Shown: piece by piece, positions 33,501-43,600 of the stretch
How the letters are laid out: each line of letters starts with the position of its first letter
Position numbering within the stretch: position 1 is the stretch's first letter
Source of the DNA: an uncultured Thermoleophilia bacterium
GTDB lineage: Bacteria; Actinomycetota; Thermoleophilia; Gaiellales; Gaiellaceae
Direction: 5' to 3'
Assembly (NCBI GenBank): GCA_963784945.1
Contig: CAWATN010000013.1
Location: 91,742 to 155,741, forward strand
DNA length: 64,000 nucleotides
Position numbers and translations under genes: made by a program
The notes under the pieces: generated by a model
The model's database searches: none
Told to the model about the DNA's origin: nothing
What the model saw: only the letters and a program-made list of their open reading frames with translations

Positions 33501-34347
33501 CGCCCGGGATCGGCAGCCCGACCTCGAGGGCAAGAGCGTCCTAGTGGTCGACGACAACGCAACGAACCGCGAGATCTTCTCCCGCCAGGCGGCGTCCTGG
33601 GGCATGGACGCCGAACCCTGCGAGAGCCCCGCCGCGGCATTGGGCCGGCTGCGCGGCGGCGAGCGCTTCGACGTCGCCGTGCTCGACATGCAGATGCCCG
33701 AGATGGACGGGCTGACGCTCGCTCGGGAGATCCGAGGGCTGGAGGCCAGATCAGCGTCCGCAGATCCGCCGCTACCGCTCATCCTCGCGACCTCACTCAC
33801 AGGGCTACAGGAGGCCCGTAGCTCGGCGGATTTCGTCGTCCAGCTGACGAAGCCGGTCAGGGCCTCCCATCTGTACGAGGCGCTGCTGGCGGCACTCGGT
33901 GCGACACCCGGGGACGCGGCTCCCGCGGCGGAGGACCCCGGCTCGGCCGGCGTCTCGGCGCTGCGCATCCTCGTCGCGGAGGACAACGCGGTCAACCAGA
34001 AGCTCGCCATGCTCCTGCTCGGCAAGCTCGGCTACGCGGGTGACCTGGCGGAAAACGGGCTGGAGGTGCTCGAGGCGGTCGCCCGCGAGCCGTATGACGT
34101 GGTGTTGATGGACGTGCAGATGCCGGAGCTGGACGGCCTCGGAGCAACCCGCCGCATCCTCGAGCTCCATGGAACGGATCGGCCCCGCATCATCGCGGTG
34201 ACGGCGAACGCGATGCAGGGTGACCGCGAGGAGTGTTTCGCCGCCGGCATGGACGACTACATCGCAAAGCCGATCCGGCCCGAGGAGCTAGCGGCCGCGC
34301 TCGCTCGCTGCCGGCCGCGTGTAGCCCCTGAGAGGGCCAGGCACTGA
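30529..34347 (+). CDS. hybrid sensor histidine kinase (2 GAF, 3 PAS, HisKA, HATPase_c, 2 REC)
   Basis: The GTG at 30529 overlaps the cyclase stop; an alternative ATG lies at 30496. The H-box is FLATMSHEIRTPMNAVIGM and the ATPase motifs are NLLSNAVKFT, DTGIGI and GGTGLGLAI. The two receivers read VLVVDDNATNRE...VAVLDMQMPEMDG and ILVAEDNAVNQK...VVLMDVQMPELDG. Confidence 0.85.
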   Translation: MTDEAPLSEVDLLRLHVAEVEAREAALLRLAEAASDARDMREFYATVHAAVAELITATNFYIALHDQERNLINFPYYVDEVDDDVPNPDAWDPIGEGFGSGLTAYVLRTGKPVLVDQERNAALIEAGEVASVGADSLDWIGIPLRAEGKTLGVLAVQTYDENVRFDEKDRDVLAQIGQHVAAALERVRLHEETRQHLRELKAVNRIGQALAAQLGLDGLIALVGTLIEEIFSADITYIAFLDAATDMIAFPFFSEIGVPAERPGVPLGDGPTSRVLRSDEPLLLHGSAEFGKVGERLVGTDEGSYLGVPILSGSRAIGVLSVQTTVSDSRYGETDARLLATVAAGVAIGIQNARLLESQRASEKRYRELVESIPIAVYRSSVDARNASEYMSERAVAIFGYPVDAWYDEDFFASILHPDDYDWVLAENDLEPTEDDSVWVSEYRVIAADGRTVWVRDESWTVRGDDGTPQFVQGCMIDVTEQKQAQLELAAASDALRQAEQQSRRLIEELPMAVYTDKPDTTSTSTYISPRVEAMFGYPREAWMQETFFASVVHPDDYERVVEKGAIDLSGSDESATQEYRLIAADGRVVWVRDDQWIVRDEQGEPLHIQGFLIDITAQHEAALEIRRQKQYFESLVEVSPVAVVVTDRDERISGWNPAATQLFGYEADEAIGQVIDVLLLQSKGLVDEGHAVTEEALARGRAQRITQRTRKDGSLVDVEMLMVSLLIEGEHIGYYVMYHDIGDLQRARKEAEAATQVKSAFLATMSHEIRTPMNAVIGMTGLLLDTNLDDEQKGFAQVISTSGDALLHIIDDILDYSKIEAGRLELDVRPFDLRECVEAALEILAPRAATKNVELGCLFGDDVPVAVSGDAGRLRQVLLNLLSNAVKFTDQGEIVVRVERGAGDVVRLDVRDTGIGIPADRIDRLFESFSQVDASITRRYGGTGLGLAISKRLAELMGGTITVESEAGSGSTFGLTIVAPETDAVPQPRYARDRQPDLEGKSVLVVDDNATNREIFSRQAASWGMDAEPCESPAAALGRLRGGERFDVAVLDMQMPEMDGLTLAREIRGLEARSASADPPLPLILATSLTGLQEARSSADFVVQLTKPVRASHLYEALLAALGATPGDAAPAAEDPGSAGVSALRILVAEDNAVNQKLAMLLLGKLGYAGDLAENGLEVLEAVAREPYDVVLMDVQMPELDGLGATRRILELHGTDRPRIIAVTANAMQGDREECFAAGMDDYIAKPIRPEELAAALARCRPRVAPERARH

Positions 34348-34446
34348 CGCCGACGACCCAGAACCGGCGGACCGTTGCAGGTTCCGTCCCAAGCGGCCCG
34401 CGGGCGGGCCTCTTCAGGATCCGCGCGCAACGCGACAGCAAACACG

Positions 34447-34494
34447 CATCTGGGGAAGCCTCGATCTGCTCTTCCATCGAGGCTTCCCCAGATG
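34447..34494. terminator. perfect 19-bp inverted repeat (bidirectional terminator candidate)
   Basis: CATCTGGGGAAGCCTCGAT-N10-ATCGAGGCTTCCCCAGATG lies between the hybrid kinase stop and the 3' end of tRNA-Leu. Its right arm overlaps the tRNA 3' end by 2 nt. Confidence 0.5.
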
Positions 34495-34577
34495 CCGGGG
34501 CTGGGAGTCGAACCCAGACGTCCCGAAGGACACCCGATTTTAAGTCGGGCGCGTATGACCAGTTTCGCCACCCCGGC
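34493..34577 (-). tRNA. tRNA-Leu (TAA anticodon)
   Basis: The minus-strand sequence GCCGGGGTGGCGAAACTGGTCATACGCGCCCGACTTAAAATCGGGTGTCCTTCGGGACGTCTGGGTTCGACTCCCAGCCCCGGCA is an 85-nt class II tRNA. It has a long variable arm, anticodon loop CTTAAAA and T-loop TTCGACT. CCA is not encoded. Confidence 0.9.
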
Positions 34578-34615
34578 GAGTAGGACGAGTTTACGGGGCC
34601 ACGGACGTGTCGTTC

Positions 34616-35314
34616 TTACATGCCGGGCAGCAACGAGGACTGCGGGAAGCGCTCCGGCCCCTTGAACTGGTACGCGCTGAAGAACGCCGCGTACGCCTTC
34701 TCGTCGAACGTCGTGCACTTGGCGAGGTGGGCGGTACCGTCGTCCGGTTTCGTCGGGTTCTTCACCGTCCACACACCCACGGCGATCTTCGAGCCGAGGC
34801 TCGGGAGCGGAGCCAGCAGCGTGGCGGACTGATGGTTGTCATAAAACCCCTTCAGCTGGTCGATCGTCGCCTGTGGGACACTCTTCCCGTACTGGATGAA
34901 GATGCCGCCGTGCTCGAGATTGTGCACCACCTGGCCCTGAAGCAGCGGCTCTGTGTAGGCGCCCCAGATGGCCGGCGTCTGGTAGTGCGGCCCACTCGTC
35001 GGAGGCGAGGTATTCCATTTCTTCGAGGTTCCCTCGGGCGTCGTCACCGAATGGTCACCTGCGGGTAGCGACTTGACGCTCTGGACGGTGCAACCGGATG
35101 CCTCGAGCAGCTTGATCGCGTCGCTCGACGAGCTACTCGCGCTGCTGCTGTTACTGCCGCCGAGCAACGCGTAGCCGAGCACCGCTGCGATGACGACGAG
35201 GCCTGCCGCTCCGACCATCATCAGGAGCCGACGATTCGAACCGTCGCCGGAGGAGGTCGGCACCTTGACGTTTGCCTTCTTCTTGGGGCCCTGCGGGCGC
35301 GACGACGATGACAT
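34616..35314 (-). CDS. DUF3105 domain membrane-anchored protein
   Basis: The product has an N-terminal TM anchor, a Ser-rich linker and then PPTSGPHYQTPAIWGAYTEPLLQGQVVHNLEHGGIFIQY, which is characteristic of DUF3105. Confidence 0.7.
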   Translation of the reverse strand: MSSSSRPQGPKKKANVKVPTSSGDGSNRRLLMMVGAAGLVVIAAVLGYALLGGSNSSSASSSSSDAIKLLEASGCTVQSVKSLPAGDHSVTTPEGTSKKWNTSPPTSGPHYQTPAIWGAYTEPLLQGQVVHNLEHGGIFIQYGKSVPQATIDQLKGFYDNHQSATLLAPLPSLGSKIAVGVWTVKNPTKPDDGTAHLAKCTTFDEKAYAAFFSAYQFKGPERFPQSSLLPGM

Positions 35315-35397
35315 CAGCGGAATCGTAGCCGGAGGCTCGGCTCTCGGGCCTTCGTCTCCCGTGCTGTCCGGCGCCAGGACTACCGTTAGGTGCCCTC

Positions 35398-36651
35398 ATG
35401 GCTATCTTCGCACTTCTGCTCGGGCTCGTCGTCGGCGCCTCCGGCGTCTACGTGGTCGGGGTCCGTCGAGCACTCTCCGACCGCGATCTCGCTACGCGAG
35501 AGGCCCGCGAAGCCCATCGCGCCCTTGCCGAGACGGAGGGGGCTCTGGCCGCCGAACGGGGAGCGTTCGACGCTCGGGTCGAGAACGCGATCAAGGCCCT
35601 TTCGACCGAGGCTCTTCGTGAGAACGCAAACGCGTTCACCGAGCAAGCGATGGGTCGGCTCGGGGAGTATGTCGAGCCGCTGAAGAAGTCACTCGAGAAG
35701 GTCGAGACGAACGTGAACCTTCTCGAGCAGCAGCGCCAGCGCGCATACGGCGAGATCCACAAGGAGCTCGAGATCTCGCGCCTCAGCAACGAGGGTCTGC
35801 GTACTCAGACGGGAAATCTCGTCAACGCACTCCGTGGCGAGTCGCACACGCGCGGCCGTTGGGGCGAGATCCAGCTGAAGCGGGTGATCGAGATGGCGGG
35901 AATGCTGTCGTACTGCGACTTCGAGGAGCAGCATTCACTCGCGGGCGACGACGGCCGCTTGCTCCGCCCGGACGTGATCGTGAAGCTGCCTGGCGGCAAG
36001 TCGATCGTGATCGACTCGAAGGTGTCGCTCATCGGGTACCTCCGCGCTCACGAGGAGGGCGCCGACGCCGAGACGCGCCGCGCCGGGATGGCCGATCACG
36101 CGCGCCAGGTGCGGGAGCACATCCAGAAGCTTGCTCAGAAGGCGTACTGGCGCCAGTTGCCGGCGTCGCCCGAGTTCGTCGTGATGTTTCTCCACGACGA
36201 GTCGTCGTGGGTCGGAGCGCTCGATGTCGATCCTTCTCTCTTGGAATTCGCGTACTCGAACAACGTCATTCCGGCCTCCCCGACGAATCTGATCGGCCTC
36301 CTTCGCACGGTCTACCACGGCTGGCAGCAGGAACGCATCACCGAGGACGCTCGCGAGATCAGCGATCTCGGGCGGGAGCTCTACAAGCGGCTTGCCACGA
36401 TGGGCGCCCACATGTCCAAGCTCGGCCGCTCCCTCGACGGCGCCGTCAAGTCGTACAACGAAACCGTCGGGTCGCTCGAACGGCAAGTGCTTCCTCAGGC
36501 CCGCCGCTTCGAGCAACACGGGATCACCGGGATCGAGCCGCCCGAGCTGGCCGCGGTCGAGCGCCAGACGAGGGCGCTGAGTGCCCCCGAGCTCGTCACC
36601 GAGATTCCGCCTGCGCTCGAGATCCTCGCGAGCGACGCGAGTGCCGCCTGA
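35398..36651 (+). CDS. rmuC: DNA recombination protein RmuC
   Basis: The product has an N-terminal TM helix and coiled coil, then RGRWGEIQLKRVIEMAGMLSYCDFEEQ...PDVIVKLPGGKSIVIDSK, which matches the RmuC pattern. Confidence 0.85.
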   Translation: MAIFALLLGLVVGASGVYVVGVRRALSDRDLATREAREAHRALAETEGALAAERGAFDARVENAIKALSTEALRENANAFTEQAMGRLGEYVEPLKKSLEKVETNVNLLEQQRQRAYGEIHKELEISRLSNEGLRTQTGNLVNALRGESHTRGRWGEIQLKRVIEMAGMLSYCDFEEQHSLAGDDGRLLRPDVIVKLPGGKSIVIDSKVSLIGYLRAHEEGADAETRRAGMADHARQVREHIQKLAQKAYWRQLPASPEFVVMFLHDESSWVGALDVDPSLLEFAYSNNVIPASPTNLIGLLRTVYHGWQQERITEDAREISDLGRELYKRLATMGAHMSKLGRSLDGAVKSYNETVGSLERQVLPQARRFEQHGITGIEPPELAAVERQTRALSAPELVTEIPPALEILASDASAA

Positions 36652-36839
36652 GCCTCATCCACCGTTGACCGGCTCGACCGGTCTCCAGGGTGTCGAGCGC
36701 TCGCCTCCACCGGAACGGCAGCAAGCCGGTGGCCGGGCCGCGGAACATGCCGGTTCGCCTCGGCGTTGACTACCGTGGGTAGAGCTGATGCACCATGTAA
36801 CGAACGACTGCGTTCGAGGACCAAGGAGCTGAGGACATC

Positions 36840-37796
36840 ATGAGCGACGTACGAAACGTGATCATCATCGGAGGTGGGCCCGCCGGCTACACGGCTGCTC
36901 TCTACTCCGCGCGCGCCAACCTGCACCCGCTCGTGATCGAGGGGTTCAACTGGGGCGGCCAGCTGATGATCACGTCGGACGTCGAGAACTACCCAGGTTA
37001 TGCCGACGGCGTCATGGGGCCGGTGATGATGCAGGACTTTCGCCGGCAGGCAGAGCGTTTCGGCGCCGAGTTCCTCACTGATGACGTGACGAGTGTCGAC
37101 TTCTCGGAGCGGCCGTTCCGCGTCTCCGTCGGCAGCGAGGAGTTCCTCGCAGAGAGTGTCATCGTCGCAACGGGCGCGAGCGCCCGCCAACTCGGGCTCG
37201 ACTCCGAGCTGCGGCTCCAGGGTCGCGGTGTCTCGTACTGCGCCACGTGCGACGCGTCGTTCTTCCGCGAAAAGGTCGTCGCCGTGATCGGTGGCGGTGA
37301 CTCCGCCCTCGAGGAGGCGACGTTCATCAGTCGATTCGCAAGCAAGGTCTACCTCGTGCATCGGCGCGAAGAGTTCAGAGCCTCGCCGATCATGATCGAC
37401 CGTGCCCGCGCCGACGAAAAGATCGAGTTCGTCCTCAACAAGGTCGTCGAGGAGGTGCTCGGCGACCCCAAGGTGACCGGCATGCGACTTCGCGACACGG
37501 TCACCGGTGAGACGAGCGAGATCGAAACCGACGGCTTCTTCGTCGCGATCGGCCACGACCCCAACACAGCCCTCTTCCTCGACCAACTCGACCACGAAGC
37601 CGATACCGGGTACCTCGTGACGAAGGGCAAGTCGACCGAGACGAACATCCCGGGCGTCTTCGCAGCCGGCGACGTCCAGGATCACACGTACCGGCAAGCC
37701 GTCACAGCAGCAGGCTCGGGATGTGCCGCCGCCCTCGACGCCGAGCGCTTTCTCAGCGAGCGACGACACGCCGCGCTCACCGCCGCCGGCAACTAA
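36840..37796 (+). CDS. trxB: thioredoxin-disulfide reductase
   Basis: Motifs present are IIIGGGPAGYTAA, the redox-active CATCD, GGGDSALEEA and FAAGDVQD. Confidence 0.95.
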   Translation: MSDVRNVIIIGGGPAGYTAALYSARANLHPLVIEGFNWGGQLMITSDVENYPGYADGVMGPVMMQDFRRQAERFGAEFLTDDVTSVDFSERPFRVSVGSEEFLAESVIVATGASARQLGLDSELRLQGRGVSYCATCDASFFREKVVAVIGGGDSALEEATFISRFASKVYLVHRREEFRASPIMIDRARADEKIEFVLNKVVEEVLGDPKVTGMRLRDTVTGETSEIETDGFFVAIGHDPNTALFLDQLDHEADTGYLVTKGKSTETNIPGVFAAGDVQDHTYRQAVTAAGSGCAAALDAERFLSERRHAALTAAGN

Positions 37797-37857
37797 CGTC
37801 AGCCGAGAACCGCCGGGCGCGTCGCGGGCCAGCCGCGACGCCGTGTAGCCTCGGATC

Positions 37858-39237
37858 GTGACAGAGGGAATGGCCGGCTTCATGGCCCCCGTCGAACAGG
37901 CGCGCCCGTCTGCAGCATTCACGTGGCGGTTCGCGCCCATGGGAGTCGCTCTCGGGTCGCTCTGCCTCTCGACCGTCGTGCCCTGGCACCAGTCCTTGAC
38001 GACGGACGAGGCAACCTCGGTCGCGCAGGCGCACGGCTCGCTGGGCTCCGTTCTCGCGACAGCCGTGCAGGACAATCCAGGCTCGGCTGGATACCTGCTC
38101 CTGCTGCGGCTGGCGGCGAGTGCCGGGACGGACGAACGCACACTGAGGGTCCCATCCGCGATCGCCGTAGCGCTCGCGGCAGGGCTACTCGTCGTTCTCG
38201 GGACGCTGATGCTCGGCCGCCTCGCGGGCCTCGTCGCCGGAATTGCTCTGGCCGCGAATGCGGCCGTCGTCGATGTCTCCCGGGAGGCGCGGCCCTATGC
38301 GCTCGGCCTCTTCGGAATCGTCCTCGCGACCGTTCTCGTGGTCGTCGCGCTCGAACGCGGCGGTGGCTGGCGTTGGATCCCGTACGGGGTGGTGGCCGCC
38401 CTGTTGCCGCTGACGCACCCGCTTGCCGCCTCGGTTCTCGCGGCCCACGGCGCCGCCCTGATCGCATACCGAGGCCGAAGCAACCTCAGGCACGCCGGAA
38501 TCGCGCTTCTCGCGGGAACGATCGTGACAGCACTGCTGCTCGCCTGGATGGCGGCAGACCGCTTCGAAGCCCTGGACGGAGCGGGGACGCTCGACCTCGC
38601 GCGACTCGGTCGCGGACTCCTGCATGCGGTGGGTTGGAACCCGATCCTGTGCGCGGCGGCAGTCGCGGGGCTCATCATCCTGCTTGGTGCCTTTGGCCCG
38701 ACGGTGACGCGTTGGCAGGGCGTTCTCGTCGCTGGGCTGATCGGCGCACCGATCGTCGCGACGTTGCTCGCGGCAATCGTGCTGCCCATCTTCCCCGGCG
38801 CGCTCGTGCTGTGCGCACCCGGGATAGCTCTGGCGGCCGGAGCAGTCGCGCCACTCCTCTCCCCCACGCGCGGGCTCGTGTGGGCGGGGATAGCACTGCT
38901 CCTCGTCAGCTCTGGAGCGACGATCGCCTGGCGGCTGAGCAGCGCCCCGGCCGAGGACTGGCGAGCGCTCGCAGGTGCCGTCGGGCGAGTTCGCCTATCG
39001 CGAGAGACCGTCGTCGTCGTGCCTGAGCGCTCGCGAGACGCATTTGCCTACTACGCTCCGGAGGTGCAAGTGATCCGCTACGCCCGCGGCGACGGCGCCT
39101 GGGTCGCCGTGGTCGCCGGCACGCCTGCCGGCGCGATCGAGGCGGCCCGCCCGTTCGTCAAGACGCCGCGTTACGCGCTCCTCCGCCAGTTCCGCTACGG
39201 GGACAATCTGCGGCTGCAGCACTGGATTCGCCCCTAG
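37858..39237 (+). CDS. GT39/ArnT-like polytopic membrane glycosyltransferase (putative)
   Basis: The 459-aa product has many TM segments and a first-loop DE motif (SLTTDEATSV), as in PMT/ArnT-type GT-C enzymes. Confidence 0.55.
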   Translation: MTEGMAGFMAPVEQARPSAAFTWRFAPMGVALGSLCLSTVVPWHQSLTTDEATSVAQAHGSLGSVLATAVQDNPGSAGYLLLLRLAASAGTDERTLRVPSAIAVALAAGLLVVLGTLMLGRLAGLVAGIALAANAAVVDVSREARPYALGLFGIVLATVLVVVALERGGGWRWIPYGVVAALLPLTHPLAASVLAAHGAALIAYRGRSNLRHAGIALLAGTIVTALLLAWMAADRFEALDGAGTLDLARLGRGLLHAVGWNPILCAAAVAGLIILLGAFGPTVTRWQGVLVAGLIGAPIVATLLAAIVLPIFPGALVLCAPGIALAAGAVAPLLSPTRGLVWAGIALLLVSSGATIAWRLSSAPAEDWRALAGAVGRVRLSRETVVVVPERSRDAFAYYAPEVQVIRYARGDGAWVAVVAGTPAGAIEAARPFVKTPRYALLRQFRYGDNLRLQHWIRP

Positions 39238-39297
39238 CCACGAGCGGCGCTCGATCGAACTCAGTCCGCTGGAACGCCCGGGTGCACCATCCGCAGG

Positions 39298-39987
39298 TCA
39301 TGTCGACAGTACGTCGGGCGCCTGCCTGGCAGGACAGAGCTCGGCCAGGACGCACACGTCGCATCGCGGCTTGCGGGCATCGCAGACCCGCCGCCCGTGC
39401 CAGATCACGAGATGCGGAAACCGGTGCCAGTCAGCCCGCGGCACGATCTTGACGAGATCACGCTCGATCTTGACCGGATCTTCCTCCCGCGTCAGTCCGA
39501 GCCGCTGCGCGAGCCGCCGCACGTGAGTGTCGACGACGATCCCCTGCGCGTCCCCCAGCTCCGCAGCGACGACATTGGCCGTCTTGCGCGCAACTCCCGG
39601 CAGCCGCAGCAACTCCGGAATGGTGCGGGGTACGACGCCGTCGAACTCCTCGAGCAGCATGCGCATCGCGCCGCGGATCGACTTCGCTTTCTGTCGGTAG
39701 AACCCGGTCTGAAAGACGTCCTGCTCGAGTTCCTCTCGGGGAACGGCGAGGTAGTCCTCCGGACTCCTGTACTTGACGAAGAGCCGCTCGGTGACGCGGT
39801 TGACGTTCACGTCGGTCGTCTGAGCCGACAGCATCACGGAGATGAGCAACTCGACATCGCTCCCGAAGTGCAGTGCGATCTCTGCGCCGGAGTGCTCGGC
39901 GGCCAGTCGCTCGATGATTGGCCCGATCCGTTCCCGCCGCGTTCCGAGACCGCGACGGCGCGCCTCTGCGACGTAGCTACGCGCCAC
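39298..39987 (-). CDS. nth: endonuclease III
   Basis: The HhH-GPD region is LLRLPGVARKTANVV...VDTHV and the C-terminal 4Fe-4S cluster is C-x6-C-x2-C-x5-C (CDARKPRCDVCVLAELC). The GTG at 39987 overlaps the 3' end of the upstream gene. Confidence 0.85.
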   Translation of the reverse strand: MARSYVAEARRRGLGTRRERIGPIIERLAAEHSGAEIALHFGSDVELLISVMLSAQTTDVNVNRVTERLFVKYRSPEDYLAVPREELEQDVFQTGFYRQKAKSIRGAMRMLLEEFDGVVPRTIPELLRLPGVARKTANVVAAELGDAQGIVVDTHVRRLAQRLGLTREEDPVKIERDLVKIVPRADWHRFPHLVIWHGRRVCDARKPRCDVCVLAELCPARQAPDVLST

Positions 39988-40690
39988 GTTTGCTCTCGAA
40001 CGCCGTCGTCGCCTCCACGGCTGTGACGTCGCCAACGAGCGATCGGGCAAAGACTTCCTCGAAGCTCGGGAATGCCGTCCTCCGGAGTTCAGCGAGGGCA
40101 CCCTCGATGTCGTACGTCGTTCTCCTCAGGTGGATATCCGGCCCGACGAGGGCCCAGTACGCGCCGGAAGCACCCTCGTACGGCAGCCCGACGCTACCCG
40201 CATTGACAAGCCGAGGCCCGCCGGGCAGCAGGCGATCGAACTGCACATGCGTATGTCCGCAGACGACCACTGTGGCACCAACGTCTACAAGTTCGGCGGC
40301 AACCGCATTGTCGGGCGTGATCCGGGTCAGGATCGTCTCGTCGTCGTGCGGCGTTGCATGGCAGAAGAGAGCGGATCCCAGCCCTGCAAGATCACGCTCG
40401 ACCGTCAGCGGCCAGGATGCGACGAGCTCCCGCTCGTGTTCCGTGAGGTTCTCGTTGCACCACCGATCGATGTCGCTATCCGGGTTGAGCACGTCTCGTT
40501 CACAGTTGCCCGAGACGAACGTTGCTCCCACGCCCTGCAGGAGCTGCAAGCACTCCGACTGCATCGGCCCCCAGAGAACGTCACCACCGACGACTATCTC
40601 GTCCGCAACGCCTTCCCGGTCGATCTCCGTGAGCACCGCGACGAGCGCCGGGAAGTTGCCGTGAACGTCGTAGAGGGCGGCTACCCGCAT
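39977..40690 (-). CDS. metallophosphoesterase family protein
   Basis: The calcineurin-like phosphoesterase signature set is present: ALYDVHGN, VVGGDVLWGP, GNCE and VCGHTHVQ. Confidence 0.75.
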   Translation of the reverse strand: MRVAALYDVHGNFPALVAVLTEIDREGVADEIVVGGDVLWGPMQSECLQLLQGVGATFVSGNCERDVLNPDSDIDRWCNENLTEHERELVASWPLTVERDLAGLGSALFCHATPHDDETILTRITPDNAVAAELVDVGATVVVCGHTHVQFDRLLPGGPRLVNAGSVGLPYEGASGAYWALVGPDIHLRRTTYDIEGALAELRRTAFPSFEEVFARSLVGDVTAVEATTAFESKRGA

Positions 40691-40699
40691 GCGTCCAGG

Positions 40700-43600
40700 C
40701 TACTCGGCTGTAGCGAAGGCGGGCTCGTACGTCCCCTCGCCGGCTCCCCCAAGACGAGGCCCGGCGCACACGACGTCAAGGGCGGGGCAGCCGGAGCACG
40801 CAAACGCACTCGGCGTTGGACGGAATTCGCCGGCACGGATTCGTGCAATCGATGCCGAGAGATCCGCCTCGAGCCTCTCGGCATCGCTCGCGGTGAACAC
40901 CGTCGAAACCACAGCGTCGGCCTCCTCGAGGAAGTGATAGACGACCTCGACCTCCTGGGCGCCTGCGCGAAGGCAGGCAATCGCGTACACGGTTTGCTGG
41001 GTCAGGTACTCGGCTGTGACGATCTCCTCCGGATCGCGGCCCAGGAGCGCGTTCGTCTTGTAGTCGAGCACGACCGCCCGGCCTCCTTCGATCCAGAGGA
41101 CGTCGAGCCGTCCGTTCACGAGGACTCCGTCCAGCTCGAAGGCGAACGGTCGCTCCGGCCGGACGCCGTGAAGCCCTGCGATGCGCGCCGCGAGCTCGGA
41201 GCTCGTGTATGAGCCGACGAGCTCTCCAATTCGCGACAGCTCGTCGTCGGTGACGGTCGGGTACCAGGCGCGAACATGCATCTCGCGCGCGCCCGCGTCG
41301 GGTGGAGCCGGGGCTACCAGGTCGACGAGCTCGAGCAGGCGGTGCACCGCATCTCCGATCTCGGTGGGATGGAGGCCCGCCCCGACGCTGTCCTCGGCAC
41401 GGCTTTCCCATGGGGCCGGCCGCATCCCGACGACACGCTCGGCGAAGTAGCGATACCCGCAACGGTCATGGAGGGAGATCGCGCTATAGGAGAGGCGAGC
41501 AACGCGGGGGACCGCCACGATCGGAATCTCCACGAGATCTCGCAAGCGAGGGGCCGCAGGAGGGATCGCCTCCCCTTCACCCTCGAAGAGCACGAGCTGC
41601 CCTGCGTCGTCAGGCGGATCTTCCTCGTCTGCTTTCGGCGACAAGCTTTCGACCGCAGGGGCAAAGCGATCGATGCGAAGCACGACGCCTGCGGCACCGC
41701 GCTCGACCTCGGTGGGGCCGTCCAGATCGGCTCGGTCGAGCTCCTCGGCGAGGCGAAGCCGCTGCAGCACCCATCCGATCGGCGTCCGCTCGTCACGTTC
41801 GCTCGAGCGGTCGACCGAACCCGAAACGATGAGCCGCTCCATCGCACGCGTCATTGCGACGTAGTAGAGACGTAGCCGCTCGGCTTCCTCCTCGCGGTCG
41901 CGGGCCTCCTTCACGTCGTCGTACGACGGGGTAGTCACTCTGGTGGCCGTGTCCGGATGGGCCACCTTGAACCCGAAGCGTCCGTCGGAGAGACAGAGAA
42001 TCTCGTCGCTTCGTGACCGTTCGCGACCCGCATCGGCGACAACGACAACCTTGAACTCGAGGCCCTTGGCGGCATGGATCGTGAGCAGGCGCACGGCGTC
42101 GGCTCCCTCCTCCTCCGAGACGGCGTCGCGCTCCGGGGCACCTGCAGCGTCCTGTTCGGCCACGAACCGGATGAACCCCTCGAGATCCGGCCCTCGGAGC
42201 TCCTCGTAGGATCGCGCCAACCGCCCGAGCTTGCGGAGGTTGGCGTACCGGCGTTGTCCGTCGCGCCGAGCGAGAACGGCCAGGTCGTAGTCGTGCTCGA
42301 CGATGATGCGCTCGCAGAGCAGCTCCAACGAGAGCCTCGTCGAGCTCTCGACCAGGCGCTCGTACCGCTGCAGGAAGGCGCGCACGAGACGCCTGTCCTC
42401 CTCGGCGAGGTCCGGGGGCAACGAACGCTCGATTCCCTTGAAGATCGGGCGCCGCTCCGCGGTGGAACGGATCAGGACGAGGGCGTCGTTCGAGACGCCG
42501 ACGAACGGCGAGGCGAGCACGGTGAGAAGCGCCTCGTCGTCGTAGCGATTCTGCAACAGCCTCAGATACGAGAGCAGGTCCACGACCTGCTGCTGCCCGA
42601 AGTAGCGGCGGCCCGTCATCCTGATCGTCGGCAGGTCGAGGGCTCGGAGCTCCTCCTCGAACCACTCCGCGTCCGTCCCCGCCGCGAACAACAATACGAT
42701 CTCGCCGGGGGTCGCCTCCCCCGCGTCGACAAGGTTGCGGACGCGGCGGGCGACGTGACGTGCCTCGGCGCGCCGCCAGTGAACGCCTGACTCAGCGTAC
42801 GACGCCTTGTCCGTTACGAGCAACTCGAACGGTGTCCCGAACACGGGATCGCCGTAGCCTGCCGCCGGTTGCAACGACTGGAACCCCTCACCGAACTCGT
42901 CGGAGAACAGCTCGTTGACCGCCGCGAGCACTTCGGGCCGGGACCGGTAGTTCAACGTCAGCGGGAGCACCAGCGGCGCGGCTTCACGCCGGTCGCGGAA
43001 CACAGCAACGTCGGCGTGGCGAAAGCCGTAGATCGACTGGAACTCGTCTCCGACGAAGAACAGCTCCTTCGGAGGCCCGGCGCACAGCAGGTCGATCAGC
43101 TCCGTCTGGAGGCGATTCGTGTCCTGGAACTCGTCCACCATGATCGACCGGAACCGAAGCTGTTCTGCCTCCCTGATCGACATGTTATCTCGGAGAAGGT
43201 CACGCGCTCGAAGCTGGAGATCCTCGAAATCGAGCGCCGATTCGCGATCCTTGGCGGCGGCATACGTCGCGGCGAAACCGGTCAGCAGCTCCTGCAGGAG
43301 CTCGCGGTCGCGGGCCGCCAATTCCTCGAGGGCGATCGAGTGCACCGCTCTCCGCGCATCGTTGAATGTAGCCGCCCGTGCCCCACGCGCCGAGGAGGTG
43401 GCAAGAACCAGGAGGCGCTCGGGGAGGCGGGTCGTCTCCAGGAGGTCGATCACGTCTCGTGCCCCCGCCGCTTGAGCTTCCGTCGCCTTCTCGTCGGCCG
43501 AGAGCAACTCCGCCTCCGCGAGCAGCTGGGTGATGCGGCCGTCGAGGCTTTCGCGGCCTCGCGGTTCGAGCACGAGCTCGCGGCCGGCCGAGCGCAGCGT

